A stretch of 64,000 bases of DNA from Thermoproteota archaeon. Its GTDB lineage: Archaea > Thermoproteota > Thermoprotei > Thermofilales > B9-G17. A program made the translations under genes and the position numbers. Below the pieces are notes generated by a model that saw only the letters and a list, made by a program, of their open reading frames with translations, was not told the origin of the DNA and made no database searches. The DNA lies in assembly GCA_029258885.1 (NCBI GenBank), contig JAPDJW010000002.1, forward strand, positions 288,001 through 352,000, written 5' to 3'. Within the stretch, counting starts at the first letter, position 1; each line of letters begins with the position of its first letter. Positions 21,001-32,416 of this stretch are shown piece by piece.

Positions 21001-24000
21001 CAATATTCTCTTGAAATACTCAGGGCATGGCTCTAGACGTACCTAAGAATGAATATACACCAGCTTTCAATATTCTCTTGAAATACTCATCTTCTTCTCT
21101 AGGTCCTTAACCCTTTTAGACGACTTTCCTTTCAATATTCTCTTGAAATACTCAGATATCCAGGCATTTAGGTTCCGTTTCGGTAACGCCTTTCAATATT
21201 CTCTTGAAATACTCTAAAAGAAGAGGAAAAGTTAGCTATGCTGGATCTGCTTACTAACTTTCAATATTCTCTTGAAATACTCTCTTATTCACCCGAGCCA
21301 CGGCCTCTCTATTTTTTTTCACTTTCAATATTCTCTTGAAATACTCTTTACATCCTTGAACATTATACGCCATTCATCTACATCTTTCAATATTCTCTTG
21401 AAATACTCTTAGTGTCTCCATTTTTATCTTATATTGTTTCTGCAGCTGGAGTCTTTCAATATTCTCTTGAAATACTCTGCTGGTGTTTTCTTCGATGGTG
21501 GCTGCTGGCGTTGAATGGCTTTCAATATTCTCTTGAAATACTCAGTACGTATTTACACATATAGATGAATTCATAGTACTTGCGACTTTCAATATTCTCT
21601 TGAAATACTCGCGTGAAGTCTAGTTTTTTGAATGTTGTCTTATTATCAACTTTCAATATTCTCTTGAAATACTCGAGGAAAACTCTGAAAGAGGTTCAAA
21701 CCAGCAGTGTAACACCTTTCAATATTCTCTTGAAATACTCCCGCTGCAGTAAACAACTGTGTAAATTCACACTAGAAGAAATAACTTTCAATATTCTCTT
21801 GAAATACTCGTTACAATCAGCAGACCAGACTTCGAATACGCAGTTCTATACTTTCAATATTCTCTTGAAATACTCGTTTCAGAGGGGATGATGATCTTCA
21901 TCGGTTACAGTCTCAGCCTTTCAATATTCTCTTGAAATACTCTTTATACTCCCTTCTATATCTTATTTCTGAAAAACTAACTTTCAATATTCTCTTGAAA
22001 TACTCACAAGAAAAACGAGAACTACTAAGCATATGTAAAAGCTATGAGACTTTCAATATTCTCTTGAAATACTCCGGGGTTAGGCGGATACTTCCTCTGC
22101 TTAAGCTCCCACGCTTTCAATATTCTCTTGAAATACTCAAACTAAAATTCGAGGAATTCTGGGGAGTTTCTCCGGAGACTTTCAATATTCTCTTGAAATA
22201 CTCAATGAAGAAGGTGCCATGCCTCGTCGAGAAGATGACTACTTTCAATATTCTCTTGAAATACTCACTTAATGTTATCCACGTGTGTTGTACCATCGTG
22301 GCTTCTGACTTTCAATATTCTCTTGAAATACTCCTTAAAAAGTATATCTACGACCCGGAGTGCCACTGGGTTGCTTTCAATATTCTCTTGAAATACTCGC
22401 CACTAATAGATACGGTGGGGGCCCCCGCACAGAACATTATACTTTCAATATTCTCTTGAAATACTCAAACCAGAGAACCTCAGGGTAGACGTTACGGAAT
22501 TACCTGCTACTTTCAATATTCTCTTGAAATACTCGATTCGTAACTGTGTTAATGCAACCGCCATCCTTCGTATATACGACTTTCAATATTCTCTTGAAAT
22601 ACTCTCCTACAATCCTTCTCTCCTATATTCAAGTCCATCCCGACTTTCAATATTCTCTTGAAATACTCAATTCAATTAGCTCATCAAGGATAGTAGGGAT
22701 TACTCCTCTCTTTCAATATTCTCTTGAAATACTCCAAGAGGATAGTTAAAGCTGGTATCCATCCATTAGAGAAGAGCTTTCAATATTCTCTTGAAATACT
22801 CTACCGAGAAGAACAATAGCATTATTGTGCTAACATGCATTTCTTTCAATATTCTCTTGAAATACTCCGACAGCGTAAACAAAACGTGCAGCATGAAGCC
22901 GTGTAAACTGCTTTCAATATTCTCTTGAAATACTCATCGAATGTTGCATCAATGGTTGTTCAGAGCGGTACATCTTTCAATATTCTCTTGAAATACTCGA
23001 CAGGTCAAGTGTCTTACCTATGAAATTAACCTCTACCTCTACAGAGTACTTTCAATATTCTCTTGAAATACTCAACTAGTAACTATTAAGGTTAGAGGAG
23101 AGAATGGTAGAGCTTTCAATATTCTCTTGAAATACTCGTATGGTCGCAATCCGACCTCTTAAGGATATAGTAGATAAGTCTTTCAATATTCTCTTGAAAT
23201 ACTCTCCAGCGTTCATTTATGTGAAAAAATTGGAGGTGGGAGTACTTTCAATATTCTCTTGAAATACTCGTCATGTCCAACTGTCCTATGGACGCGGCCT
23301 CTAAAAGCACTTTCAATATTCTCTTGAAATACTCTCATACGTACCCGTCACGTATGTCTTGTAACTGTTAAACCTTTCAATATTCTCTTGAAATACTCAA
23401 TTGCTAGGTATCATATTGCATCTACCCAGCATCTAGCATCTTTCAATATTCTCTTGAAATACTCAAGAAGGGTGAACTTACACTAGGTGAGTTACTGACT
23501 ACTTTCAATATTCTCTTGAAATACTCTTACCCGAGAATGTCATTATCGTTACTTCTCGGGCGAATTCCTTTCAATATTCTCTTGAAATACTCAAGTTTTC
23601 TTCATTTCTGCGACCACCCTATAGATTTTTTAACTTTCAATATTCTCTTGAAATACTCGGAGCCAGCGAAAGTGAAGCCGAAGATACCCCGCGGAATAGC
23701 TTTCAATATTCTCTTGAAATACTCTAATCCAGATAGGATAAATATGGTGATTGTAGACACAAACTTTCAATATTCTCTTGAAATACTCTAAGGAGAAAAT
23801 GTGGAAGGAATGGGGGGAGTATCCAACTTTCAATATTCTCTTGAAATACTCCGAGAAATACACCGCGTTTCAAAAACTCTAAGGCCTGCTACTGAGCTTT
23901 CAATATTCTCTTGAAATACTCTTCACGATTTTTACCGTTATTGAATCGATATCCTGCTTTCAATATTCTCTTGAAATACTCGGACGCCACATTCGACGAC

Positions 24001-25227
24001 CAAATACAGACGCTAATAAATGACTTTCAATATTCTCTTGAAATACTCGAAGCTGTCGCCTAAAACATTAAAGCGGCTTAAAGTACTTTCAATATTCTCT
24101 TGAAATACTCAGAGGGCGTCAAGAGGTCGAGGGAGAAATGAGTGAGGTTATCTTTCAATATTCTCTTGAAATACTCCCTCTGCAGATAACAGGCGGCACA
24201 GTGAATGTTTCAGTAGCTCTTTCAATATTCTCTTGAAATACTCAGCTGGATATTAAAAGTGCTAGAAGAACGTTATAGAATTAGGACGGCTTTCAATATT
24301 CTCTTGAAATACTCCTTCTCGAGCCATTTTCTCCTATCTATTTTTAATACGCCCTTTCAATATTCTCTTGAAATACTCTTCGTCTGCGGGAAGCGTAGCT
24401 GGATATATAACTATATTTGTCTTTCAATATTCTCTTGAAATACTCTTGTGCTTACGGCTCCTGTGGGCGCAAGATATGCATGGTACTTTCAATATTCTCT
24501 TGAAATACTCCCCTGATATTTTCAATAATATACTTTAGATACTCTGGTTTATCTAGCGTATCTTTCAATATTCTCTTGAAATACTCCAAGTGAATAATTA
24601 TACACTCGGAGTATATAATAATGATGAAACCTTTCAATATTCTCTTGAAATACTCCTATAATACCAAACTGCCTACAGGTTCTCTCGATTTCCTTTCAAT
24701 ATTCTCTTGAAATACTCTCCAAATTTATTTTAACCATGCCTTCACCTACAGCTTCTTTCAATATTCTCTTGAAATACTCTCGCTTAATACTAAGCAGCAT
24801 GACATTATAACATGCACTTTCAATATTCTCTTGAAATACTCCTGGCGGTAGTATCGGTGTGGAGGCTTATGTCGGCGACTACTTTCAATATTCTCTTGAA
24901 ATACTCATGTAGCTATATTCTCCGTGTGGTCGATAAGATGATCTTTCAATATTCTCTTGAAATACTCTTGTCCACGTACGCCGAACCGTCGTGGCTTTGT
25001 ATCTTTAGTTCTTTCAATATTCTCTTGAAATACTCGAGTGTAAATACAAATGTCCGTACTGCGGTCAAGAATTCCTTTCAATATTCTCTTGAAATACTCG
25101 TGGTGCATTATCTAGGTCTAGTGTTCTGCTTTCCTTAGCTCTTTCAATATTCTCTTGAAATACTCTGGCTTACGCTGATGTTTCCGCAGTACAGAATCAT
25201 TACTTTCAATATTCTCTTGAAATACTC
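18028..25227 (-). CRISPR. CRISPR array 1: about 109 repeats and 108 spacers, transcribed leftward
   Basis: 25-bp repeat GAGTATTTCAAGAGAATATTGAAAG on the minus strand (plus: CTTTCAATATTCTCTTGAAATACTC); spacers mostly 36-47 bp; AT-rich leader on the right; degenerate repeats at 18028 and 18093. Confidence 0.99.
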
Positions 25228-25351
25228 CTATATGTTATTTTTCTCTTTTTGTATTTATTTGTTTTTATGAAATGGTTAGGTTCTTTTAAATTGTGCGCGT
25301 CTCTATCCTGTTATGATTGTAGCATGGATGCGCACGTTTTATTTTTTCTCT
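25228..25351 (-). promoter_or_regulatory. CRISPR leader of array 1
   Basis: AT-rich; shares CGTGCGCAT, GATAGA, ATTTAAA and AAAAGAGAAAAATAA with leader 2 at similar distances from the first repeat. Confidence 0.85.
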
Positions 25352-26035
25352 TTATATTATTTTTGAGTATGTTTCTAGGAGTATTCTCCCTAGTGGTGTT
25401 AGTTTTAGTGTTTTTGGTCGTTTTGATAACTCCTCTAGTAGTCCTGCGTATATTAGGTCTTGGGCTTGTCGGCTTATGCTTGATAGATCCTTATTCATCT
25501 TCCTTGCTAGCTCGTTCATAGGTATCTCGCCAACATTCGCTACCGTTTCTAATAGCTTAATTTTGCCCTTAGTTAATTCATCTATCGCGAATATTAGCTC
25601 CGATAGCATTGATATGTCCACTATATTCTCGAAATTCTCTGTCTCAACTTCTATCTTAATGTTTGGATTTCTATAGGATCTACAGGCAAGCATTACCGCT
25701 AATAGCAACTCTATTATGAGTATACGCATACCACCGCTTAAATTAACCACAACCTCATCGTATGTTTCAACTATACCCCTTATCGCTGGTATAAGTTTGA
25801 GCAATGCATCCGCAAAATCGTATACATTCACTGTATCCTCCTTAACCTCTACCTCCCTGCCATGATATTTGAAAACAAAATCCTTAACTGACCTAATAGC
25901 CTTCAAAGCCTTCTCCCCGATTGGCTCAAGAGTGAATAGAAAGAGTTTATCACCAGGATTCAAGCCCTCCCTAGTAATCATCCTTATTATAAATTTTTCA
26001 TCAAACCCTACGGTAGCCACTAAGGCTTTAGCCAT
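25352..26035 (-). CDS. csa3: CARF plus wHTH transcriptional regulator Csa3
   Basis: ATVGFDEKFIIR, NLSGGMR CARF motifs; C-terminal HTH (ELARKMNKDLSSISR). Confidence 0.9.
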   Translation of the reverse strand: MAKALVATVGFDEKFIIRMITREGLNPGDKLFLFTLEPIGEKALKAIRSVKDFVFKYHGREVEVKEDTVNVYDFADALLKLIPAIRGIVETYDEVVVNLSGGMRILIIELLLAVMLACRSYRNPNIKIEVETENFENIVDISMLSELIFAIDELTKGKIKLLETVANVGEIPMNELARKMNKDLSSISRQAQDLIYAGLLEELSKRPKTLKLTPLGRILLETYSKII

Positions 26036-26325
26036 AGCAACACCACAATATTAACAATTTAACTGAAACATAAATTTACTGAAAATTATCCTTTATGGCT
26101 TTTAAGTTACTAAAGATATAGCGATTCAGTTTAAATAATAGTGTTATGGATAGATGAAAGCTAATAATTAGCTACCCAATTTACTTGAATTATTTTTGCA
26201 TTTTTCCTTCTAAATTGTATCTGTCATACATAATTTTATGTTTTTGTCTTTTAATTTTTTGATATTTACAAATTTTTCATCTAAAAGAATATAAGTCAGT
26301 TTTACCATAAATATGAGGGGGTTCG

Positions 26326-26730
26326 ATGAACTCTCATAATAGAGAAATTATTTCAAGGATTTTTTCAGAGGAAGATTTAAAAAAAGCATTTGATAAATGT
26401 GTACGCTATCTTGCTGCTTATAGAATTGTTGAGGGTAACTTAGGTCTATTTGATAAGATGGCTAGATGTAGAGACTATAATGATTTTGTTAGCGCCATCT
26501 ATGAAGCTATGCGTGTAAAAGACAGAGTCCTCTCAAAACTTATCGAGGGAGTCGAGAAAAATCAATACGAGTTAATATTTAGGATTGAGGGCGATCTAAG
26601 AAAAGTCTTTGATATAGGCCAAGAGGATGTTGAAAAAATCTTTAAGTCTGCACTGGAAAACCCCCGAGTTGTTGGAACTGTTTTAGCCTCTCTCGCTTTA
26701 GCTTATAGTGGAATTCGTGTTAAGGGGTGA
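26326..26730 (+). CDS. csa5: Type I-A small subunit Csa5 (Cas11)
   Basis: 134-aa helical protein first in the Cascade operon, directly upstream of cas7. Confidence 0.75.
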   Translation: MNSHNREIISRIFSEEDLKKAFDKCVRYLAAYRIVEGNLGLFDKMARCRDYNDFVSAIYEAMRVKDRVLSKLIEGVEKNQYELIFRIEGDLRKVFDIGQEDVEKIFKSALENPRVVGTVLASLALAYSGIRVKG

Positions 26731-26736
26731 GAAAAT

Positions 26737-27702
26737 ATGGTTTATATACGGGTTTCGGGTAGGGCTATCGTAAATATTCATAGCGCTAATGCTGAAGGAT
26801 CTGTCGGAAACTATATGGGCTTAACAAAAATGTTTATTGTTCGCAGGACTCAGGATGGATACAATATTGTAGAGGATGTAGTAATTTCAGGTAACATGCT
26901 TAAACATTGGCATGCAGTCCGAGTAGTTGAAAGATTAAGAGATTTGAAATATAAAAAACTATGTAAATATTGTTCTAGATTTGTAATGTACAGATCTACG
27001 CTTGGATTTAAAGATGAATATGAGTTTATTAATGCTTGTGCTATAGAGGATCTTCACGGATTTCTTCAGCCGGATACTCAGGTTAGGAGAGAAAGTCTCG
27101 TGAAATTTGCTTTTATGATACCTATTGAGGAGATGAGAGCAGAATATGCTTCGGTAACTCATAATAGGGTAGTGGTAACGGAGAAAGGCAATATTCCTGC
27201 AAGAGAGCAGGCTATGATGGTTTTCAAGAGGGAATACGCGAGTGGAATCTATGGTTTTCTCTGTACAATGGATTTAGCATATGTGGGACGGCCCTTAGCT
27301 GATCCTCTTAACCCTAATAAAACTCTACCATTAGATGATCGTAAAATTAGGGCAAAACAAGCTATTCTTGCATTATCAGACATACTTACTGGCAGGTTTG
27401 GTGCAGCGGCTTCAAGAGCTATACCTACAATTAAGACTGAGGAATTTCTAGGAGTTATTAGTAAGCAGGCAATACCTAACCTTATTCACGGTTTCTATAA
27501 GGACTATATTGAGGAAAGCGGCAGAATATTAAAGAATATTATTGAAAATAAAGGCATCGAAAATATTAAAGTTTACGTTTCTGGCAACAAACCCATCGCT
27601 ATCATGAAGAAAATTTTACCAGGAGAGGCTTTAGAGGTTTGTAATTCCCCACTAGAAGCCTTAGCTAAGATGGCTAAGGTGTCCGAAACTTGGCTTACGT
27701 AG
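26737..27702 (+). CDS. cas7: Type I-A Cas7 (Csa2/DevR family)
   Basis: NIHSANAEG, ISGNMLKHWH, EDLHGFL, RRESLVKFAF, REYASGIYGF. Confidence 0.93.
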   Translation: MVYIRVSGRAIVNIHSANAEGSVGNYMGLTKMFIVRRTQDGYNIVEDVVISGNMLKHWHAVRVVERLRDLKYKKLCKYCSRFVMYRSTLGFKDEYEFINACAIEDLHGFLQPDTQVRRESLVKFAFMIPIEEMRAEYASVTHNRVVVTEKGNIPAREQAMMVFKREYASGIYGFLCTMDLAYVGRPLADPLNPNKTLPLDDRKIRAKQAILALSDILTGRFGAAASRAIPTIKTEEFLGVISKQAIPNLIHGFYKDYIEESGRILKNIIENKGIENIKVYVSGNKPIAIMKKILPGEALEVCNSPLEALAKMAKVSETWLT

Positions 27703-28514
27703 TTTTTGCTAAAATAAGATTTCCGATTTTTTCTATTAAACATCCAGAGGCATTTCAAATTAGATCATCGCTGTTCTTACCTCAACCTTCCACATTAATA
27801 GGAGCTTTAGCCTACTGTCTTGGAGTAAGTCAAAATATTGGATTAAATGCCTACAAGAGAGTTTTAGAGTATGTTTCAAACAAAAAAATCTTAGCAGCAA
27901 AGCCTTCACTTCTTAAAGATATTCCTCCCTTAACAGTTTCATCCATTGTTTTACGTAGATTTAGGATCGTTGATAAAGCATTTGAAACGAAGGAAAAGGG
28001 AGGAAGACCACCCATAAAGATACTTTATGAATATATCAATAAAGGAGAGATAGAGTCTGCAAGGAAAATAATCGAAGTTCAGCTAACTGATGCTTTTTAT
28101 AGAGAGTATATTTCTGGCTATGAAATTTTATGTGCTTGGGCTTTTAGAGATGACTTTGATTTTAATGAGGAACTGATCTACTTAATTCATAGGCTAGGAG
28201 ATACCGAATCTCTATGTAGCGTGATTAAAGTCTGGAAAGAGGAAGCTAAAGAAGCACGGAAGAAGATTATAGAAACTACTTTTGTTTCTCCTCTTAAGAA
28301 CGTGAAAACGTTGATTGGAAATTATGTAGCCATCAAAATGTGCAATGAACTGAGGAAGAAAGAGCTCTTCGCCATTCCGTATGAAATTACATACAGGAGT
28401 AGTGATGGTAAGCGCATTATGGTGATTAAGCCTACTACTATAAAAATTGAGTATGCATCTGAGGTGCCGGTTTTATGCACAAGCTATGGTGATATTGTTC
28501 AATTTCTGGGGTGA
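27690..28514 (+). CDS. cas5: Type I-A Cas5
   Basis: N-terminal FSIKHP...PQPSTLIGALAY and late RLGDTES RAMP motifs. Confidence 0.9.
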   Translation: MAYVVFAKIRFPIFSIKHPEAFQIRSSLFLPQPSTLIGALAYCLGVSQNIGLNAYKRVLEYVSNKKILAAKPSLLKDIPPLTVSSIVLRRFRIVDKAFETKEKGGRPPIKILYEYINKGEIESARKIIEVQLTDAFYREYISGYEILCAWAFRDDFDFNEELIYLIHRLGDTESLCSVIKVWKEEAKEARKKIIETTFVSPLKNVKTLIGNYVAIKMCNELRKKELFAIPYEITYRSSDGKRIMVIKPTTIKIEYASEVPVLCTSYGDIVQFLG

Positions 28515-28518
28515 AAAT

Positions 28519-29613
28519 ATGGTTTCCATATATACTCCAGGCCACTCCCTTTATACTGATTCCCTTATTATGTATGCAATAGTTTATTCTCTAAGAAACT
28601 TTTTTAATGAAAAATTCGACTTTAACGAAGATTTCGTAGCCGTAAATAGCATAGGTTCGGGCTTTAGAATTGATGTTAAAGACTTAGAATACGTGGATAT
28701 AGCTGAAGCTATCAGCAATGTTTTGATTGAGGAAAAAAGCGCTATTATAAGCTACCTATCTACTACTACAGAAGAGGCGCCATCTATAGGCCTATTTAAA
28801 GATAAAGATCTAAAGGTACTTGATTGTCTAACTAATTCACGCGAAGTTCTTAATTATCTTAGTAGGGAGCTAGCTACTCCTGGACACGCTCTTAAGGAGG
28901 GTAGAGAAGGAAAAGGTATTACTTTTAAGCTTCCTACCATGCCTTATGCTGGAAAATATCTTCATGCTGATATTACTAAATTTAGAAAGTATCCTGCTAA
29001 ATCCTATAAGACATGTAAATATTGTTTATCATTAGCTCTATTTGGATTAAAAGTTTCTTCTATGGTATTACGGTGGAGCAGGTCTAGATTTATAAACATA
29101 TTTTCCTTTGATGGTGAAGTAAATTCTGAATATTTTCGCGCCTTTTTTGAGTATATTAAGAGCGAGGAATACAAAGATGTCATTAGAACCTATGGTAAAG
29201 CAGTAGAAGATATACCTATGAGGAATCTAGCCTACTTCTTAGTATTGGAAGCTGGTAGTGATCTGCTTAGTATAATGAAGTCGATGTGTGCACGTTGGAT
29301 TACGTGTAGCGTTCTCTTTGAAATATCACGTGGAGTTCCTCAAATCCGAGGATATCAGGAAAATGATGTAAGTAGCATCGTTGAAAATAGCGTAAAAATG
29401 TTTGAATTGATTACATCACCTATCGAAATAATCCGATTAATAGGTAACTTAGTGAGGAGAGGTGAAGCTGAGGCATTAGATCATTTCTTCAACTTCCTGC
29501 GCTCTCCTAACTTAAATCATTTATACAATTTTGTGAGAGAATCTTATGTTTCTCGGAGCGAAACATTAATTTCAAGTAGTATTGTTTGGAACCTTATTAA
29601 ATTAGTTATATAG
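28519..29613 (+). CDS. cas8a2: Type I-A large subunit Cas8a2 (Csa4-like)
   Basis: MVSIYTPGH N-terminus, CxxC (CKYC), position between cas5 and cas3; start taken at ATG 28519. Confidence 0.75.
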   Translation: MVSIYTPGHSLYTDSLIMYAIVYSLRNFFNEKFDFNEDFVAVNSIGSGFRIDVKDLEYVDIAEAISNVLIEEKSAIISYLSTTTEEAPSIGLFKDKDLKVLDCLTNSREVLNYLSRELATPGHALKEGREGKGITFKLPTMPYAGKYLHADITKFRKYPAKSYKTCKYCLSLALFGLKVSSMVLRWSRSRFINIFSFDGEVNSEYFRAFFEYIKSEEYKDVIRTYGKAVEDIPMRNLAYFLVLEAGSDLLSIMKSMCARWITCSVLFEISRGVPQIRGYQENDVSSIVENSVKMFELITSPIEIIRLIGNLVRRGEAEALDHFFNFLRSPNLNHLYNFVRESYVSRSETLISSSIVWNLIKLVI

Positions 29614-29616
29614 ATT

Positions 29617-31353
29617 ATGGCTATGTCCTCTTTTTCTGAGTATTGGTCGGCTGTAGGAAAAATAGTTAAAGCTAGGGGGCATTCCCTTAAACGTTATAAG
29701 TTCTTTGAAGATGTCTGGGAGGCATTAGATGATGGGAAAAATGTTATTTTAATAGCTCCAACTGGCTGTGGCAAGACTGAGGCTACAACAGTACCATTTC
29801 TATATAACTTAATAAATGGTAATCGGCAGGCCTTTTCCTTAGTGTATACGTTACCTGCAAGATCCCTCGCATCCAACATGTATGATAGATTATGTAAATC
29901 GCTAAGGATTCTAGAATCTAAGGATATTGTTTGTAATATAGATTACGGAGAATTTTTAGAATTTAAACCCTATCTAGAAGGCGACGTTGTTGTAACAACA
30001 TATGACACACTTTTCTATACTTTCTATGGCTTTCGCAGATTAGGCTTTCACGTGCTACTTCATACAGGTAAAATTGCCGGCTCATACATAATATTTGATG
30101 AAGCCCAACTGTTACAAGATAACTTCTGGTATTCTCTAAGCCTTCTGCCAAAACATATTAGGGCTTTATGTAAGTGGAGGGCTCAGATAGTTGTTATGAC
30201 GGCAACGCTTCCAGATGTTTTATTGAAAGAGCTCAATAAATTTATGAAAAATAACGTTGAGGTTATATTTGCTGAAGATAAGCCCTCGAGGGGAAAACTT
30301 AGCGTTACAATAATGAATTCTAAAATTCCCATTAATGGTGAGGAATTACTGAAATTAATTTCTGGAGAGTTACCAGCTCTAATTGTTGTAAATACTGTTA
30401 GTAAGGCAGTTAAAATATATAAAAGCTTATATAATTGTGTTCATGGTAAGGGTATCGATTTGTTACTATTGCATTCTAGACTTAGGCTTGGAGTAAGGAA
30501 AGAAAGAGAGAAGTTTTTCGAGAGAAATAAGAAAGACAATATTATTGTTATTGCAACCCAAGTGGTTGAGGCTGGGTTAGATTATCATTTTAAGACGCTT
30601 TTAACAGAGCTGTCTCCTATAGATTCCTTAATACAGAGGCTGGGACGATGTGCTAGGAAAAGCGACGGTAAGGCATATGTGTTCATTAATCTTGATAAAG
30701 ATAGTAAAAAGATTTATCCGGATAATATCTTGAACATTTCTAAGGAGACTATCCTAAGATACCAAGATATTTTATGTGAGTCTGTTAGAAATGTTTTTAT
30801 CGCAAGTAAGTTAGTAAACGAGGTCTATACTGAGAGAGTAATTAACGAGCTCACTAAGCCTGTGATGAAAGAGATAAATAATGTTTCAATATTTATAGAC
30901 AACTTCTATGAATATATTTTCAAGGGTAGATTTGACAAAGACTTAAACTTGCTTAGATTAGGATTTGAAATAATATGCTGGTATGCTTCAGAAAATATTT
31001 TCAAGAGATTAATTAAGGGCGAAACTGTTGAATGCAGTATAGAAGATTTTAGAGATAACATTGTTAGGTTATCTTGTATGCTAAATATGAACAATAAAAA
31101 CATTCGTCTTCCTAAAGCGGTGTTGATTAATATAGAGGGGAATGAATGTTTACTGCTATTAGAAACTAATTTTATGCAGGAAAAAGTATATTTAAGGGTT
31201 AAGGAGAAGATTAGTAAAAATAATTTTCGTTTTCTTGAAGCAAAAAGTAGATATCCTAGGATCTTCCTCTTAAATCCGCATTTCTATGAAAGAAATACCT
31301 ATGGAGATCTTGGTGTTATTAGTCTTTGGAGGCCGGCGAGCTATGTTTCCTGA
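29617..31353 (+). CDS. cas3: Cas3' helicase
   Basis: APTGCGKT, DEAQ, MTAT, LLHSR, ATQVVEAGLD, QRLGRCAR. Confidence 0.95.
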   Translation: MAMSSFSEYWSAVGKIVKARGHSLKRYKFFEDVWEALDDGKNVILIAPTGCGKTEATTVPFLYNLINGNRQAFSLVYTLPARSLASNMYDRLCKSLRILESKDIVCNIDYGEFLEFKPYLEGDVVVTTYDTLFYTFYGFRRLGFHVLLHTGKIAGSYIIFDEAQLLQDNFWYSLSLLPKHIRALCKWRAQIVVMTATLPDVLLKELNKFMKNNVEVIFAEDKPSRGKLSVTIMNSKIPINGEELLKLISGELPALIVVNTVSKAVKIYKSLYNCVHGKGIDLLLLHSRLRLGVRKEREKFFERNKKDNIIVIATQVVEAGLDYHFKTLLTELSPIDSLIQRLGRCARKSDGKAYVFINLDKDSKKIYPDNILNISKETILRYQDILCESVRNVFIASKLVNEVYTERVINELTKPVMKEINNVSIFIDNFYEYIFKGRFDKDLNLLRLGFEIICWYASENIFKRLIKGETVECSIEDFRDNIVRLSCMLNMNNKNIRLPKAVLINIEGNECLLLLETNFMQEKVYLRVKEKISKNNFRFLEAKSRYPRIFLLNPHFYERNTYGDLGVISLWRPASYVS

Positions 31354-32176
31354 ATGTCAAGTGCTACAGGAAGTTTTAGGACTTAAACGTATCCCCTGTA
31401 AGCCCTGTATTGCTAAGCATTTTCCCTCATATTACAAGAAAAATTCCGGTATACAATTTATGGGCTGTTGGATAGCCCATACCGCTTTAGCGTATTATGA
31501 ATTGAAAAGATGTAGACGGTGCATAGAAAGAATTCTAAATAAGTTAGGGATTTCATGGAACGCTTTAGAGTTACTAGTGCTATTACACGATGCAGGAAAA
31601 CTTTCAGAGAAATACGGCTTTTCAAATATTCAGCATAACATCTTATCAGCTGTCATCTCGATAAAATGTTTGGAAGATTCTAAGATATTGAATAAACGAG
31701 AAAGATATGCTGTCTCCTTGGCTATAGCTCTACATCATGAGGCATATCATTGGAGAGAAGTCTGTAGATATAATTTACACTTTGCAAGTAGCATTAAAAT
31801 ACAACCTTTTACCTTAAGAAAAAACTATCAACAGGCACTTATCTGTTTATCTAAGATCGTCTCTAAGATTCAATGCTCGGAGGAGGTCTTAGAAATACTA
31901 ACAAGGATTAAGCCAACATATAGCAGAGCCGATGTGGAAACAGTCAAAATAAATTTAATTCCACTTAAAAATCTGAGACCGTTAGCTATCCCCTTATATT
32001 GGCTTTTATTTCTGGCAGATAATAGAGCGGCAAGTGCAAGAAATGGGGTAGAAAAATATTGGAGGAATATTCTGAACAGATTATCAGAAGATATTAGAAA
32101 GAACCCAGAGAAACTTGGAAAAGAACTTTTTAGTAAACTTTCGCACGGGTATATTGCGTTAAGCCTGCTTTGCTGA
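31343..32176 (+). CDS. cas3'': Cas3'' HD nuclease
   Basis: AH...LHDAGK...HNILSA...HHEA, ADNRAAS; start taken at ATG 31343. Confidence 0.9.
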   Translation: MFPECQVLQEVLGLKRIPCKPCIAKHFPSYYKKNSGIQFMGCWIAHTALAYYELKRCRRCIERILNKLGISWNALELLVLLHDAGKLSEKYGFSNIQHNILSAVISIKCLEDSKILNKRERYAVSLAIALHHEAYHWREVCRYNLHFASSIKIQPFTLRKNYQQALICLSKIVSKIQCSEEVLEILTRIKPTYSRADVETVKINLIPLKNLRPLAIPLYWLLFLADNRAASARNGVEKYWRNILNRLSEDIRKNPEKLGKELFSKLSHGYIALSLLC

Positions 32177-32416
32177 TTAACTAGAAAAACTGTAATATGA
32201 TAATAGCATGGAGTTATCGGCTAAGATTATTGATATGAAAGGTTAATTAGTTTCCTTAACAAATAGTTTATAGCATTATAATGGAATATAGGCATATTGC
32301 TTTTTAATGGATATTGCTTACCATTCATTAAGGATGTTTAATTGCATATATTAAGCAAGAAATACCATAATTATAATCTTTTTACCATTTATTAAAGATG
32401 TTTTCTGGTATTTAAT

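Noticed and set aside
32177-32416. Possible creTA-like degenerate repeat (GAGTTATC...TATTGATATGAAAG) between cas3'' and csa1
   Set aside because: Needs several gaps to align and has no convincing second repeat; expected by chance in AT-rich DNA.
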